A stretch of 64,000 nt of DNA from Obrimoposthia wandeli (lineage: Eukaryota), in the NCBI GenBank assembly GCA_977020255.1, contig CDROCS010000410.1, positions 124,001 through 188,000 on the forward strand, read 5' to 3'. The notes under the pieces are model-generated. The model saw only the letters and a program-made list of their open reading frames with translations. It was not told where the DNA came from and made no database searches. Both the position numbers and the translations under genes were made by a program. Shown here piece after piece: positions 47,247 through 57,549 of the stretch. Every line of letters begins with the position of its first letter. Positions within the stretch are counted from its first letter, which is position 1.

Positions 47247-48223
47247 TAGAACTCCATGACGTTGTTAACGGCGGTAACGATTCGTTCGACACTGGGCATA
47301 TAATATTTTTCCATTTTAGCCAGTGGCATGATGGTGTCATAGCCACTTACACGCATCACAGGGGCTAATAACGTCATCAGTCCTTCTTCTGCAATAATGG
47401 CGGCTATTTCGGATGCAACCCCACCACTACGCGGCGCTTCCGAGACAATGACGCAACGACCCGTTTTCGCGATAGAACTTAATATTGTGGTTTTATCAAT
47501 CGGTTTGATACAAGCAAGGTCGATCACTTCAGCAGAGATATTACGTTCAGCCAATTGCTCTGCCGCTTGTAAGGTTTCATATAGCATAGCCCCCCAACTG
47601 ACTAGCGTGACATCAGACCCTTCACGTAAGGTAAAGCAAACGTCGAGTGGTAAGGCTTGGCCATTATTGTCAACGGATTCAGTCTGCAAACGATAAATTC
47701 GTTTCGGCTCTAAAAACACCACAGGATCAGGATCTCGGATCGCAGCAAGTAGCAAACCATAAGCACGACCAGGAGAAGAAGGGATAACCACACGTATACC
47801 AGGAATATGCGCAAAAATAGCTTCGGTACTTTCACTGTGATGTTCCGGTGCATGAATACCGCCACCATACGGCGCACGCAGCACCATAGGACAAGTTAAT
47901 CGACCACGGGTACGATTACGCATCCGTCCCGCGTGACATAAGAACTGATCGAAAGCAGCATAGATAAAACCCATAAATTGAATTTCGACCACAGGTTTCA
48001 TGCCTTGGGTTGCTAACCCAATCGCCATGCCACTAATCAGTGATTCAGCTAAAGGTGTATCAATAACGCGATCACGACCAAACTCAGCCTGTAATCCTTC
48101 CGTCGCGCGGAAAACACCACCATTAGCACCGACATCTTCGCCCAAAACAATAACGTCTTTATCTTCAGTCATTGCGTCAAACAAAGCATGATTGACCGCA
48201 TCAATAAGTGTCATGTCCTTCAT
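47246..48223 (-). CDS. 2-oxoacid dehydrogenase E1 beta subunit
   Basis: GEDVG..GGVFRAT, DTPLAES, EIQF, APEHHSES, FLEPK. Confidence 0.95.
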   Translation of the reverse strand: MKDMTLIDAVNHALFDAMTEDKDVIVLGEDVGANGGVFRATEGLQAEFGRDRVIDTPLAESLISGMAIGLATQGMKPVVEIQFMGFIYAAFDQFLCHAGRMRNRTRGRLTCPMVLRAPYGGGIHAPEHHSESTEAIFAHIPGIRVVIPSSPGRAYGLLLAAIRDPDPVVFLEPKRIYRLQTESVDNNGQALPLDVCFTLREGSDVTLVSWGAMLYETLQAAEQLAERNISAEVIDLACIKPIDKTTILSSIAKTGRCVIVSEAPRSGGVASEIAAIIAEEGLMTLLAPVMRVSGYDTIMPLAKMEKYYMPSVERIVTAVNNVMEF

Positions 48224-49332
48224 TTTTCACCTTCCTGTAATAGTGTATTTCGCACTTCCTCTAACTGTTCCAAATAATGGTCAGGTAAGGTTTCATACAA
48301 ATACTCAAACATGGTCGTTGGCGATGCCGGTGGAATAGCAAGATAGCGGGCTACCGCAGCATCAATTTCATCACCACACTCTTTTTCTAGTTGTTCTATA
48401 GCTGCGCTATCAATGATCCTTTCATCCAAGAGCAAACTACGCAGTCGGACCATAGGCTCTTTTTGCCAAGCCTCCCCAACATTGTCCACATTGCGATAAC
48501 GGGATGCGTCATCGGCAGTGGTATGGTCGGATAAACGATAAGAGATTGTTTCAATAAGATGAGGCCCTTGCCCGTCTCTTGCTCGGTCGATGGCGGCTTT
48601 TATTTTCAGGTAACATGCGATCACATCATTACCGTCTACTTGCTCACAACTCACACCACCCGCAATGGCTTTTTGCGCTAACGTTTCACAGCTTGATTGT
48701 TCATCGCGTGGCAAAGAGATAGCCCATTGGTTATTATTAACAATGAATACCAGTGGTAACTTCCATACCCCTGCCGCATTCACGGATTCATAAAAATCAC
48801 CTTTGGATGTTGCGCCATCACCACACACCACTACTGCAACGCGCGGTTGATTACGTAACTTCATGGCATAACTGATCCCCACAGCATGGCAACACTGACT
48901 CGCAATTGGAATGGTACAGGGCATGTCTTCTCGTGGTCCCTGAAAGTCCATCCCTCGTTCATCGCCCCCCCAATACATTAATATCTCTTCAGGCTTAACC
49001 CCGCGAATAAGGGCAGCTGGTGTTTCTCGATAAGCTTGAATAAACACATCTTCTGCACGCATTGCTTTACCAATCGCAGCCCCAACCGCTTCTTGACCGA
49101 GACAAGAGGCATAAGTACCAAGACGACCAGTACGTTGCAGCGCAATCGCCTTACAATCAAAAGTTCGCGTAAATAGCATCCAACGATAAAACTCAACCAG
49201 TAATTCGCTGCTCACGCCTGCTACAGAAAAATACTGTAAAGATTCTGATAACCGCCCTGTTTCATCTAGATATTGGGTGTAACCAACGCGAAAGGTATGC
49301 TCAGCCTGTTGTTTATTTGTGCTCATGCTCAT
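48220..49332 (-). CDS. 2-oxoacid dehydrogenase E1 alpha subunit (probably branched-chain)
   Basis: TPP motif GDGATSKGDF..NNN, GQEA, HTTADD; directly after the amino acid dehydrogenase. Confidence 0.92.
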   Translation of the reverse strand: MSMSTNKQQAEHTFRVGYTQYLDETGRLSESLQYFSVAGVSSELLVEFYRWMLFTRTFDCKAIALQRTGRLGTYASCLGQEAVGAAIGKAMRAEDVFIQAYRETPAALIRGVKPEEILMYWGGDERGMDFQGPREDMPCTIPIASQCCHAVGISYAMKLRNQPRVAVVVCGDGATSKGDFYESVNAAGVWKLPLVFIVNNNQWAISLPRDEQSSCETLAQKAIAGGVSCEQVDGNDVIACYLKIKAAIDRARDGQGPHLIETISYRLSDHTTADDASRYRNVDNVGEAWQKEPMVRLRSLLLDERIIDSAAIEQLEKECGDEIDAAVARYLAIPPASPTTMFEYLYETLPDHYLEQLEEVRNTLLQEGEK

Positions 49333-50428
49333 CTCCGGAAAGTTGTCCCATCAATATCTGTTCAGCCAAACTATTCGCAACATCAACAGTTGAACGATTT
49401 TGTTGTTCTGCTTGCCTAAATATAGCCAGTAACGTGTCATATAATGCCGCGAGTTTATGTTGCACAACATCTGGTTTGTTCATATAAGATATTTGTAATA
49501 CACCGCCTGAGTTGATGACATAATCAGGTGCATAGAGGATATTTTTTGCCGCCAGCACATCGGTCATACAACGACTCTGAAGCTGGTTGTTAGCTGAACC
49601 CGCGATGATAGAGGTATTTAGGCGTTCGATAGTATTCGGGTTAATCACCTGACCTAGAGCACATGGCGAAAAGACATCACAATCTACCGCATAAAGATCA
49701 TCACCAGTGACAATATCAGCACCAAATTCATCAATAAGTCGTTGCGTTGCTTGCACATTGGGATCTGCAGCCGTTAGTTTTGCGCCGTCATCGTGCAGTA
49801 ACTTAGCTAACGCGTACCCCACATTACCCACTCCTTGAATGGCAATGTGTAATCCAGCAAGTGAGTCACGTTGCAATTTAAATTTAACGGCGGCTTTAAT
49901 GCCGTAATAAACTCCTTTCGCCGTATGCGGAGACGGGTCTCCCGAGGCTAATCCAGCAGTTGTTGTACACATCACGTGGTCTGTTTGGCTGGCGATCACA
50001 TCCATATCCGCAATCGTCGTACCACTATCCATCGCGGTGATATAGCGACCATTAAGGCTTTCGACAAACCGGCCAAACGAAGCAAATAACGCCTTACGGT
50101 CGGTTAAATGTTTAGGCTTTAAGATGACGGCTTTACCACCGCCAAAAGGTAATCTGTTAATAGCGGTTTTATAACTCATACCAGCCGCTAAACAGCAGGC
50201 ATCCTTAACCGCAGCCTGCGTAGAAGGGTAATCAATCATTCGGCAGCCACCAATAGCGGGACCTAACTTGGTACTGTGAATGGCGATAATAGCTTGTAAT
50301 TGGGTTTCGGGGTCTCGCCAAAAGTGCACATCGCTGAATGGGTATTGCTCAGCCATGTCAAATAGATCGCTCGATTCATTCGAGTGTTTCGATTCTTCCG
50401 ACACTTTCGATACTATATAACTTGCCAT
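49313..50428 (-). CDS. ldh: Leu/Val/Phe dehydrogenase
   Basis: GPAIGGCR, MSYK, GGGKAVI, GDPSPHTAKGV, GVGNVG, GSANNQL, YAPDYVINSGG. Confidence 0.88.
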   Translation of the reverse strand: MASYIVSKVSEESKHSNESSDLFDMAEQYPFSDVHFWRDPETQLQAIIAIHSTKLGPAIGGCRMIDYPSTQAAVKDACCLAAGMSYKTAINRLPFGGGKAVILKPKHLTDRKALFASFGRFVESLNGRYITAMDSGTTIADMDVIASQTDHVMCTTTAGLASGDPSPHTAKGVYYGIKAAVKFKLQRDSLAGLHIAIQGVGNVGYALAKLLHDDGAKLTAADPNVQATQRLIDEFGADIVTGDDLYAVDCDVFSPCALGQVINPNTIERLNTSIIAGSANNQLQSRCMTDVLAAKNILYAPDYVINSGGVLQISYMNKPDVVQHKLAALYDTLLAIFRQAEQQNRSTVDVANSLAEQILMGQLSGDEHEHK

Positions 50429-50919
50429 GAATGGTTCTCCAACCTGAGGTTGCGGATACCCTGAAGACGCACAGTTAATTACATTTTAAGTCGTTGGGTA
50501 TACAGGAGGTTACTCTATGAATAACTATAGACACGATACACAACAGTGCCCATGACAAGGCAGACGATATTGACTAATTGAGAGAGAATCGAAATAAAAT
50601 AGAGGGTGAATAGTGATAAACAGAGGCTGTATTCAACAAACTAAGGACAAGGTTGTATTGCAACTTGCCAAATTGATACAGCTGAAGGTCACAGGCCATG
50701 GAATATAAACTTTACAGTGATTAAATATACAACAGTGAAGAGTTTAAAAGCGGTGAAATAATATAGATAATCGCAGTTTTACGCTGCTAACAACAAGATT
50801 GATTGAATAACGCACTAAATACAGTGCAACAAACAAAATATAAGCCCTCCGGGCTTTTAATAATACGATAAAACTGTTCTACTTGTCATCAATCTAATTG
50901 AAATCTAATTTTAACTGAC

Positions 50920-50937
50920 CGTACACATAAGTTTACA
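50920..50937. promoter_or_regulatory. Weak TyrR-like box upstream of the NSS transporter
   Basis: CGTACA-CATAAG-TTTACA (10/12 match). Confidence 0.4.
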
Positions 50938-51006
50938 CCCTTATATCTGGTACATGTTCAGCAAAATGATTCACTAACTCGACAAGATATACGTTGGAAT
51001 AAAATA

Positions 51007-52341
51007 ATGGCAACTGGTTCAAGAGCACAATTCTCGTCTAAATTCGGCTTCATCATGGCTGCAGCTGGTTCTGCAGTGGGTGTGGGTAATATCTGGGGTT
51101 TCCCAACACAGGCAGCAAGTAATGGCGGCGCAGCCTTTTTACTTGTTTATCTATTAATGGTATTTGTTTTAGCATATCCATTACTCGTTGCTGAGTTAAC
51201 AATTGGCCGTCATGGTCAAGCAAACCCGATCAAATCACTTCAGTCAATCTGGCCAAAACAAAAAATGGCAGCTGCGGGCTTAGGTATTGCAGGTATGGTT
51301 GCAGTATCGTTAATTTTAAGCTTCTACGGTATTGTTGCGGGTTGGTTGTTAGGTTCATTATTTGCCCCTATTTTCTCGTTACTTGGTCTTGAAACTGCCG
51401 CTACCTGGGTTGAATCATTCAGCACTGAACGTAATTTAGTGATGATGATATTGTTTATGTTCATCACAATACGCGTAGTAAGAAGTGGTGTTACCGATGG
51501 TATCGAACGTTGGTCATCTCGCTTAATGCCAATGTTATTTGTATTATTTGGCCTAATGACTGCTTACATCTTAACGCAAGATGGCGCAAGCGAAGGTCTG
51601 GCTATGTACCTTATTCCTGATTTTTCACACTTAAGTTCAGACTTAGTGATCAGCGCAATGGGCCAAGCATTCTTCTCACTGTCTTTGGGTGTATGCTCAA
51701 TGATGGTTTACGGCTCATACTTAAGCAAAGACACCAACATTCCAAAAACAGCGGCACAAGTTGCATTGATTGATACGGGTGTTGCATTCGCTGCGGGTCT
51801 ATTAATTCTACCTGCTATGTTCGTGGCTCAGCATAACGGTGTTGAAATCTACGATGCTTCAGGCGCGTTATTAAGCTCTGATACTCTAGTATTTACAGTA
51901 TTACCTGCTATGTTCGATACTATGGGTAGCACAGGTATTATCATCAGCATCTTATTCTTCATACTGATGGTTATTGCGGCACTAACATCATCTATCTCGA
52001 TGTTAGAAGTACCAGTATCATGTGCAATGGAAGAACTAAACAAAGAACGTAATACAGTTGTTTGGTGGATTGGCGGTATCATTACGCTAGTGTCTGCAAT
52101 CATAGTGTATAACTTCGGCGATTTGTTTGGCTTAGTAATTACAGCAACGACTGTTTATGCACAACCTATCTTAGCGTTAATCTTTGCATTACTTGTAGGT
52201 TGGGTATGGCGTCGTGATCAACTGCTTACTGAAATCAAACAAGGTAACCCAGAACTTGAACAAGGTTTATTCTGGAAGATCTGGCCTTGGTATGTACGCG
52301 TTGTATGTCCTGCACTAATCATCTTAGTATTGGCGTCATAA
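51007..52341 (+). CDS. NSS/SNF family sodium-dependent amino acid transporter
   Basis: AAGSAVGVGNIWGFP, NGGAAF, GQAFFSLSLG, ALTSSISMLE. Confidence 0.93.
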   Translation: MATGSRAQFSSKFGFIMAAAGSAVGVGNIWGFPTQAASNGGAAFLLVYLLMVFVLAYPLLVAELTIGRHGQANPIKSLQSIWPKQKMAAAGLGIAGMVAVSLILSFYGIVAGWLLGSLFAPIFSLLGLETAATWVESFSTERNLVMMILFMFITIRVVRSGVTDGIERWSSRLMPMLFVLFGLMTAYILTQDGASEGLAMYLIPDFSHLSSDLVISAMGQAFFSLSLGVCSMMVYGSYLSKDTNIPKTAAQVALIDTGVAFAAGLLILPAMFVAQHNGVEIYDASGALLSSDTLVFTVLPAMFDTMGSTGIIISILFFILMVIAALTSSISMLEVPVSCAMEELNKERNTVVWWIGGIITLVSAIIVYNFGDLFGLVITATTVYAQPILALIFALLVGWVWRRDQLLTEIKQGNPELEQGLFWKIWPWYVRVVCPALIILVLAS

Positions 52342-52386
52342 TCTAGCGTTAAGCTGATATTAAAAAGAACATTATAAAAAGTATTA

Positions 52387-52428
52387 AAAAAGGCAGCTAC
52401 TGGATACATTCCAATTAGCTGCCTTTTT
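52387..52428. terminator. Bidirectional terminator
   Basis: AAAAAGGCAGCTA...TAGCTGCCTTTTT. Confidence 0.85.
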
Positions 52429-52482
52429 ATTATCTGCACTCTTTCTTAGTTACATCTATTTTATTATCTACAATTCATGCCT

Positions 52483-52872
52483 TTACAGCTCGTGTAAAAC
52501 CAATTCTTTATAACCAATCAGACCAAGAATACCTTCATTTTCAATCACTGGTGCATGAGATAAACCAAAGCGTTCAAATAAACGCGCGCAGTAACGAATA
52601 TCCATTTCTGGCGGTACCGAGACAATTGGCTTAGCCATGATTTCATAAATGTTCACACGATCAGGTGAGCGATCTTTAGCTAATACTTGTTTAGCGATAT
52701 CTGACAGTACCAAAATACCGTATGCGTCATGCTGGTCACGCTTGTTAACGATAATAACCTTAGTATCATGTTCTTTCATTGCTGTAATAGCTTCACGAAC
52801 CGTTTGCATTCCGTCCATGCAAATATAGTTTTGTGTCATTACTGCATTGGCTTTAATTACGACTTTACTCAC
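52483..52872 (-). CDS. Stand-alone CBS-pair protein
   Basis: Tandem CBS domains (TVREAI..M, YGIL..SDI, IM.KPI, CARLF...PVIE). Confidence 0.9.
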   Translation of the reverse strand: MSKVVIKANAVMTQNYICMDGMQTVREAITAMKEHDTKVIIVNKRDQHDAYGILVLSDIAKQVLAKDRSPDRVNIYEIMAKPIVSVPPEMDIRYCARLFERFGLSHAPVIENEGILGLIGYKELVLHEL

Positions 52873-53219
52873 AGTTCGTTCTCCACAGCTTTCGTTAATT
52901 GACTGATTTGATGATTAACACCGACAGCGTCTTCTACATCGATTTGTACTGCAATGCCTGAACCCGGCTTTTCATCAAACTGACCGACTTTGTTAATCTC
53001 TTCTAAAATATGTCGGCTTAAATGTTCTTCGACAATAAAGAGTAAAACATCACGCTGAGTTTCTAGCGTTAAACCAAAGAAGGTTTTCGATTGCTTAAGG
53101 CCCTCCCCTCTGGCGTTATTAATAATAGTGGCGCCAGTTGCACCTGCACTGCGCGCAGCATCCATGATACTGTCAGTAATACCAGCCTCTACAAAGGCAA
53201 CGATTAATTTAAAATGCAT
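52869..53219 (-). CDS. Non-canonical PII-like protein
   Basis: PII fold pattern (AGATGATI...RGEG, PGSGIA..IDVE); no T-loop Tyr. Confidence 0.88.
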   Translation of the reverse strand: MHFKLIVAFVEAGITDSIMDAARSAGATGATIINNARGEGLKQSKTFFGLTLETQRDVLLFIVEEHLSRHILEEINKVGQFDEKPGSGIAVQIDVEDAVGVNHQISQLTKAVENEL

Positions 53220-53228
53220 TTAACTCTC

Positions 53229-53276
53229 CAACAATTCAACAATTCAACAATTCAACAATTCAACAATTCAACAATT
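53229..53276. repeat. Perfect 8-bp tandem repeat (CAACAATT)x6
   Basis: Six exact copies; on the minus strand the last unit runs into the GGAG RBS of the PII-like gene. Confidence 0.97.
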
Positions 53277-53328
53277 ATTCTAATAACGATCGTGATTACG
53301 CTTGCTATGACTAATGACTATTTTAAAA

Positions 53329-54138
53329 TTAATCTGTAGCCACTTTTTTGTCACGCGTACTGACCCATTGCGATATTTGTGCGTACGCCATCACCGACAT
53401 TATCGGGAATAAACTCGCGAAGGCAATAAGACCAAAACCATCGATAATCGGATTACGACCAGGTACCGTTTCTGCTAATCCAAGTCCAAGCGCTGCAACT
53501 AAAGGAACAGTCACCGTCGAGGTTGTTACACCGCCGGAGTCATAGGCCAATGGGATAATCAATTTTGGTGCTACTAGTGTTTGTAATACCACTACCACAT
53601 AACCAGCCATGATGTACCAATGGATAGGATCGCCGACAACAATACGATAGCAACCCAGCGAGATACCAATTGCCACACCCAATGCGACAGAGAGACGTAA
53701 ACCCCACACACCAATTGCACCACCGGATACTTCATTGGCTTTGATCGCCACTGCAATTAACGACGGTTCAGCAATCGTGGTCGCGAAGCCAATGAAGAAA
53801 GCGAACAGATAAACCCAATAATAATCAGTCCAAACCAATTCACGCACTGTTTCTGTAACGACTTCGACATTATTTACACTCGCCAAGAAAACTGGATCTG
53901 TCAGTTGCTGAGCCATCAATCGACCCAGTGGAAATAACGCCCACTCTAAGCCAATTAAGAACAGCGACAAGCCCAAAAGCACCCACAAGAAACCTATTAA
54001 CACTTTGCCCAAATTCGGCAACGGTTTACGAATAACAGCAAATTGGAAACCAAATAATATCGCCGCAATTGGCAGCACATCATGAAACGTGGCCGCAATC
54101 GTCGACCCAATTTGATTTAACATATCAATAAAGGTCAT
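53329..54138 (-). CDS. DUF1538 membrane protein (second paralogue)
   Basis: [34 protein letters not shown]. Confidence 0.9.
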   Translation of the reverse strand: MTFIDMLNQIGSTIAATFHDVLPIAAILFGFQFAVIRKPLPNLGKVLIGFLWVLLGLSLFLIGLEWALFPLGRLMAQQLTDPVFLASVNNVEVVTETVRELVWTDYYWVYLFAFFIGFATTIAEPSLIAVAIKANEVSGGAIGVWGLRLSVALGVAIGISLGCYRIVVGDPIHWYIMAGYVVVVLQTLVAPKLIIPLAYDSGGVTTSTVTVPLVAALGLGLAETVPGRNPIIDGFGLIAFASLFPIMSVMAYAQISQWVSTRDKKVATD

Positions 54139-54875
54139 AGCATCACCATTCCATAAGCCATTACAAAGATCATCGGATTAAGCGACGCTAACGCAATAAG
54201 ACCAAAACCATCAATCATCGGGTTTCTGCCTTTAATAGAAGACGCCAGACCAACACCAAGCGCGGTGACCAGTGGTACTGTGATCGTCGATGTAGTTACA
54301 CCGCCCGAATCATAAGCAATACCAATAATCTCTGGTGGTGCAAACATCGTCATGATCACCACCAGCACATAACCGCCAATGATGAACCACTGTAATGGCC
54401 AGCCTTTGATAATTCGTAATACACCCAGTGCGATAGCAATACCGACACTCAGCGCAACACTCATTCTTAAGCCTTGCGCATAATCATCCATCGCAACTTG
54501 CGTTGTACCAATAAGATCACCACTGGCAGCAACTCGTGCGGCCTCAGCTGCAACAGCAATTAGCGCAGGTTCGGCTACCGTAGTACCAAAACCCAAGCAA
54601 AAAGCAAAAGTTAATAGCCAGCCAACGCTACCTTTACGCGCAAACGCATGCGCCATTGATTCGCCAATAGGGAATAAGCCCTGTTCCAGGCCATGGATAA
54701 AGAAGGTTAGTCCTAGCAGTACAAACAGCACGCCAATAAGCAGCTGGCTGACATTCGGTAATGGTTGTTGAATAACCACTAACTGAAAGAATAAGATGAC
54801 AATAATAATGGGAGCAAGATCCCTGATACTTCCCAACATAAATTTAAGTAGGGTTTTAAACGTGTTAACCAACAT
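54135..54875 (-). CDS. DUF1538 membrane protein (first paralogue; start ATG 54875 after AAGGAGG)
   Basis: [34 protein letters not shown]; ATGA overlap with the next gene. Confidence 0.9.
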   Translation of the reverse strand: MLVNTFKTLLKFMLGSIRDLAPIIIVILFFQLVVIQQPLPNVSQLLIGVLFVLLGLTFFIHGLEQGLFPIGESMAHAFARKGSVGWLLTFAFCLGFGTTVAEPALIAVAAEAARVAASGDLIGTTQVAMDDYAQGLRMSVALSVGIAIALGVLRIIKGWPLQWFIIGGYVLVVIMTMFAPPEIIGIAYDSGGVTTSTITVPLVTALGVGLASSIKGRNPMIDGFGLIALASLNPMIFVMAYGMVML

Positions 54876-55130
54876 AGCCTCCTTGATTAGATTAATCACG
54901 CGGATATTAGCGTATTGGTAAACTTAAAAATTGATCTAAATCAACAGATTTAAACATAACCCCATGGAGGTGCATTTAACCTTAATAAAACCTTTAACTA
55001 ACCTTGACATAACAATAAGAAGCAATAAACATCAATAAAAGGTTAAAAACCACCCAGCAACAATAATAAATGAAAGTACTAGGTGATTTATAACACTGCG
55101 TTAATTAATCGTCATTATATCGAAACCTGA

Positions 55131-57368
55131 TTAAAACTTATAAGCAACATTCGCACGAACCTCTCGACCCGCTGCCGCAACACCATTAGATAGATAAGGT
55201 TCATAATAGCGATCTGTCAGGTTTTTAACTGTTAATCTCATTGTTAGCTGGTCTTTCTCTTTCAACGGTTGCCATTTCACATAAATATCTTGCAATGTAT
55301 ACGACTCGCTTGCAGTGTTAACGACATAGCTCGTTGTTGGTACATCATCTTGTTCATCATACCAACGTAAGTCCCAACCGGTTGTTAACCCTCGAATCCA
55401 TTCATAACCTAGTCCAACATTTATATTCAGTGGTGGTATACCCGGTACATGATCATCAGGACCAGTGGCATCTTTCCATGAGCCATTATGTTTACCTTGG
55501 ATACTAACCAATGATGAATTCGCATAAAAGCCATTAATACGATATTGCCCCATCAGCTCAAACCCGTAGGTTTTAAAACCATCGAGGTTTACGCGCCAAC
55601 CTTGTTGAGTCTTATCAACTCTTTTAGCGCCTTTACGCTGGCCAATATCATTTTCTACTTCATTATAAAAACCGGTAACTTGCCCTGCAAACTGATCATT
55701 ATGAGTAAACACCCCCACCGTATGATTGGTTAAACTGGTACTAAATGCATGCACTCGCTCGGCATCAATATCACGACTTGTCGCTTTCGCACCACCTGCT
55801 TTGGCATATTGGACAGAATAAATATCATCAATAGTTGGCGCTTGAAATGCATAAGCATAAGCCACGTTCAAACTAGTATTATCGGTAACATAATAATCCA
55901 ACTCAAGTCGCGGACTCCAGCCATCATGTGACACAGCACTATAGTCATGACCAACCGTCGGATCATTATAGTCACTAGCTAAGTTACCTTTGCCTTCGCT
56001 ACGCACATAGTCATAACGAATTGAAGGTGTTATTAATAAATCATCGGTAATTTGATAAGCATCAGCAATATAAAATGAGTAGGTTGATTGAGTACCTGAA
56101 GGCTCATAATAAGGCGTGTAAATACCAAAGTTTTTCGATGCTTTCGTTGCTGCAGTGCGGTTGTTTACCAATGAATCACGGTCTTGATATTGATATTGTA
56201 AACCGGTTGTGATCGTATGATCGCCCAATTGCGCGGTGTTATTTAAATCAGCAAAATGGCGCTCATATTCTAGATCTGAAGTATGCCCGTATGCTCCAAC
56301 ATTCACATACATGTAACTCTTATTTTTAGTGCCGTCAGGGTTATACTTATTCCAAGTAAAATCAGGACGTTCCCAATGGCGTTTATTCTCTGAAATAGAC
56401 AATGTTAAATCAACATCAACCAGCGCACTAATGGGGTTATAGCGATAATTTGCCGTGGTGACATTATTTGAATATTTATTATAAACCGTATAAGCCAGCT
56501 CAGCTCTTTCTCGTGAACCGTATTTATCTATATGCCGTTGGGTTATTTCTGGCATAGTTCCGCGACGTGTTGCCCAAGGTTTGCGACCCTCATCAAAAAA
56601 TTCGCTGTGACTGAGTGCAAAACGATGCGCGCCAACGTCATAACTTATTTTAGCTAACCAATTTTTTTGCTCTGCCCCCGAAAATTTAACCGTATTGCCA
56701 TTACCATCCGTCATATCTTCGGTATCTCGCGTTATACCATTGACCAAGTATTGAAAACCACCTGTTTTACCGTAAGCAGTCACATTGTAACGCTGATTAT
56801 TATCACCACTGTTAAAACCGGCTTGTACACGTACACCAAAGCTTTCACCTTCACGCAGTAGATCTTCAGCATCTTTAGTTTTAACGCGGATCGTACCACC
56901 AATACCACCGTTGCCAGTTTTATAATCATGTGCACCTTTGGTCACTTCAACTTCACCAATCATACTCGGATCAAAGAAGAAGCTACCATAACGGTACTGT
57001 TGAAAACCGATCGGTGCACCATCTACAAAGAAAGCTAAATCTTCCGTATCAGAGAAACCGCGGATATTAATTCGCTCACCGCCCTGACGCGCACCACCAT
57101 CAATAGTAACACCTGGAATAGTATCCATAATTTCGGCTACATTATTGGCTTGTTGCTCTTCGATCTCCTCTCGAGTGATAAGTGATTTACCCGGTTGATC
57201 AACCGTAATGGCGCGTTCAGTGCTATTAGCAACAACAGTAGTCACATTTTGATCTGATTGCTCAGCAGCTGAAACATTTAAGCTAGAAATAACCGCCAGT
57301 GCGACGGCATTAAATTTGAATAGGTGATTAAATGTAGTATTAAGTTTGAATCTAGTGTTAATTCGCAT
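55131..57368 (-). CDS. TonB-dependent receptor, heme/hemoglobin-receptor-like class
   Basis: Signal peptide, plug IPGV..NIRG..VDG, KG...GGIGGTI, C-terminal AYKF. Confidence 0.9.
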   Translation of the reverse strand: MRINTRFKLNTTFNHLFKFNAVALAVISSLNVSAAEQSDQNVTTVVANSTERAITVDQPGKSLITREEIEEQQANNVAEIMDTIPGVTIDGGARQGGERINIRGFSDTEDLAFFVDGAPIGFQQYRYGSFFFDPSMIGEVEVTKGAHDYKTGNGGIGGTIRVKTKDAEDLLREGESFGVRVQAGFNSGDNNQRYNVTAYGKTGGFQYLVNGITRDTEDMTDGNGNTVKFSGAEQKNWLAKISYDVGAHRFALSHSEFFDEGRKPWATRRGTMPEITQRHIDKYGSRERAELAYTVYNKYSNNVTTANYRYNPISALVDVDLTLSISENKRHWERPDFTWNKYNPDGTKNKSYMYVNVGAYGHTSDLEYERHFADLNNTAQLGDHTITTGLQYQYQDRDSLVNNRTAATKASKNFGIYTPYYEPSGTQSTYSFYIADAYQITDDLLITPSIRYDYVRSEGKGNLASDYNDPTVGHDYSAVSHDGWSPRLELDYYVTDNTSLNVAYAYAFQAPTIDDIYSVQYAKAGGAKATSRDIDAERVHAFSTSLTNHTVGVFTHNDQFAGQVTGFYNEVENDIGQRKGAKRVDKTQQGWRVNLDGFKTYGFELMGQYRINGFYANSSLVSIQGKHNGSWKDATGPDDHVPGIPPLNINVGLGYEWIRGLTTGWDLRWYDEQDDVPTTSYVVNTASESYTLQDIYVKWQPLKEKDQLTMRLTVKNLTDRYYEPYLSNGVAAAGREVRANVAYKF

Positions 57369-57422
57369 TTCATTTGTCTATAACGTTTTTAAAGGCACAT
57401 TTTAGATCGAATTAAATACAAA

Positions 57423-57437
57423 TGATAATCATTACCA
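57423..57437. promoter_or_regulatory. Fur box
   Basis: TGATAAT-C-ATTACCA, 13/14 match to the 7-1-7 consensus. Confidence 0.85.
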
Positions 57438-57549
57438 GTTACATATTGTAAGCGCTTGTAAGCGTTTAGTTTGTTAAATCGACAAAGGTACTAACAATGA
57501 TGTTAAATTTATCTATATGTATCTTTATACAAACTGACTGTTTACTTCG

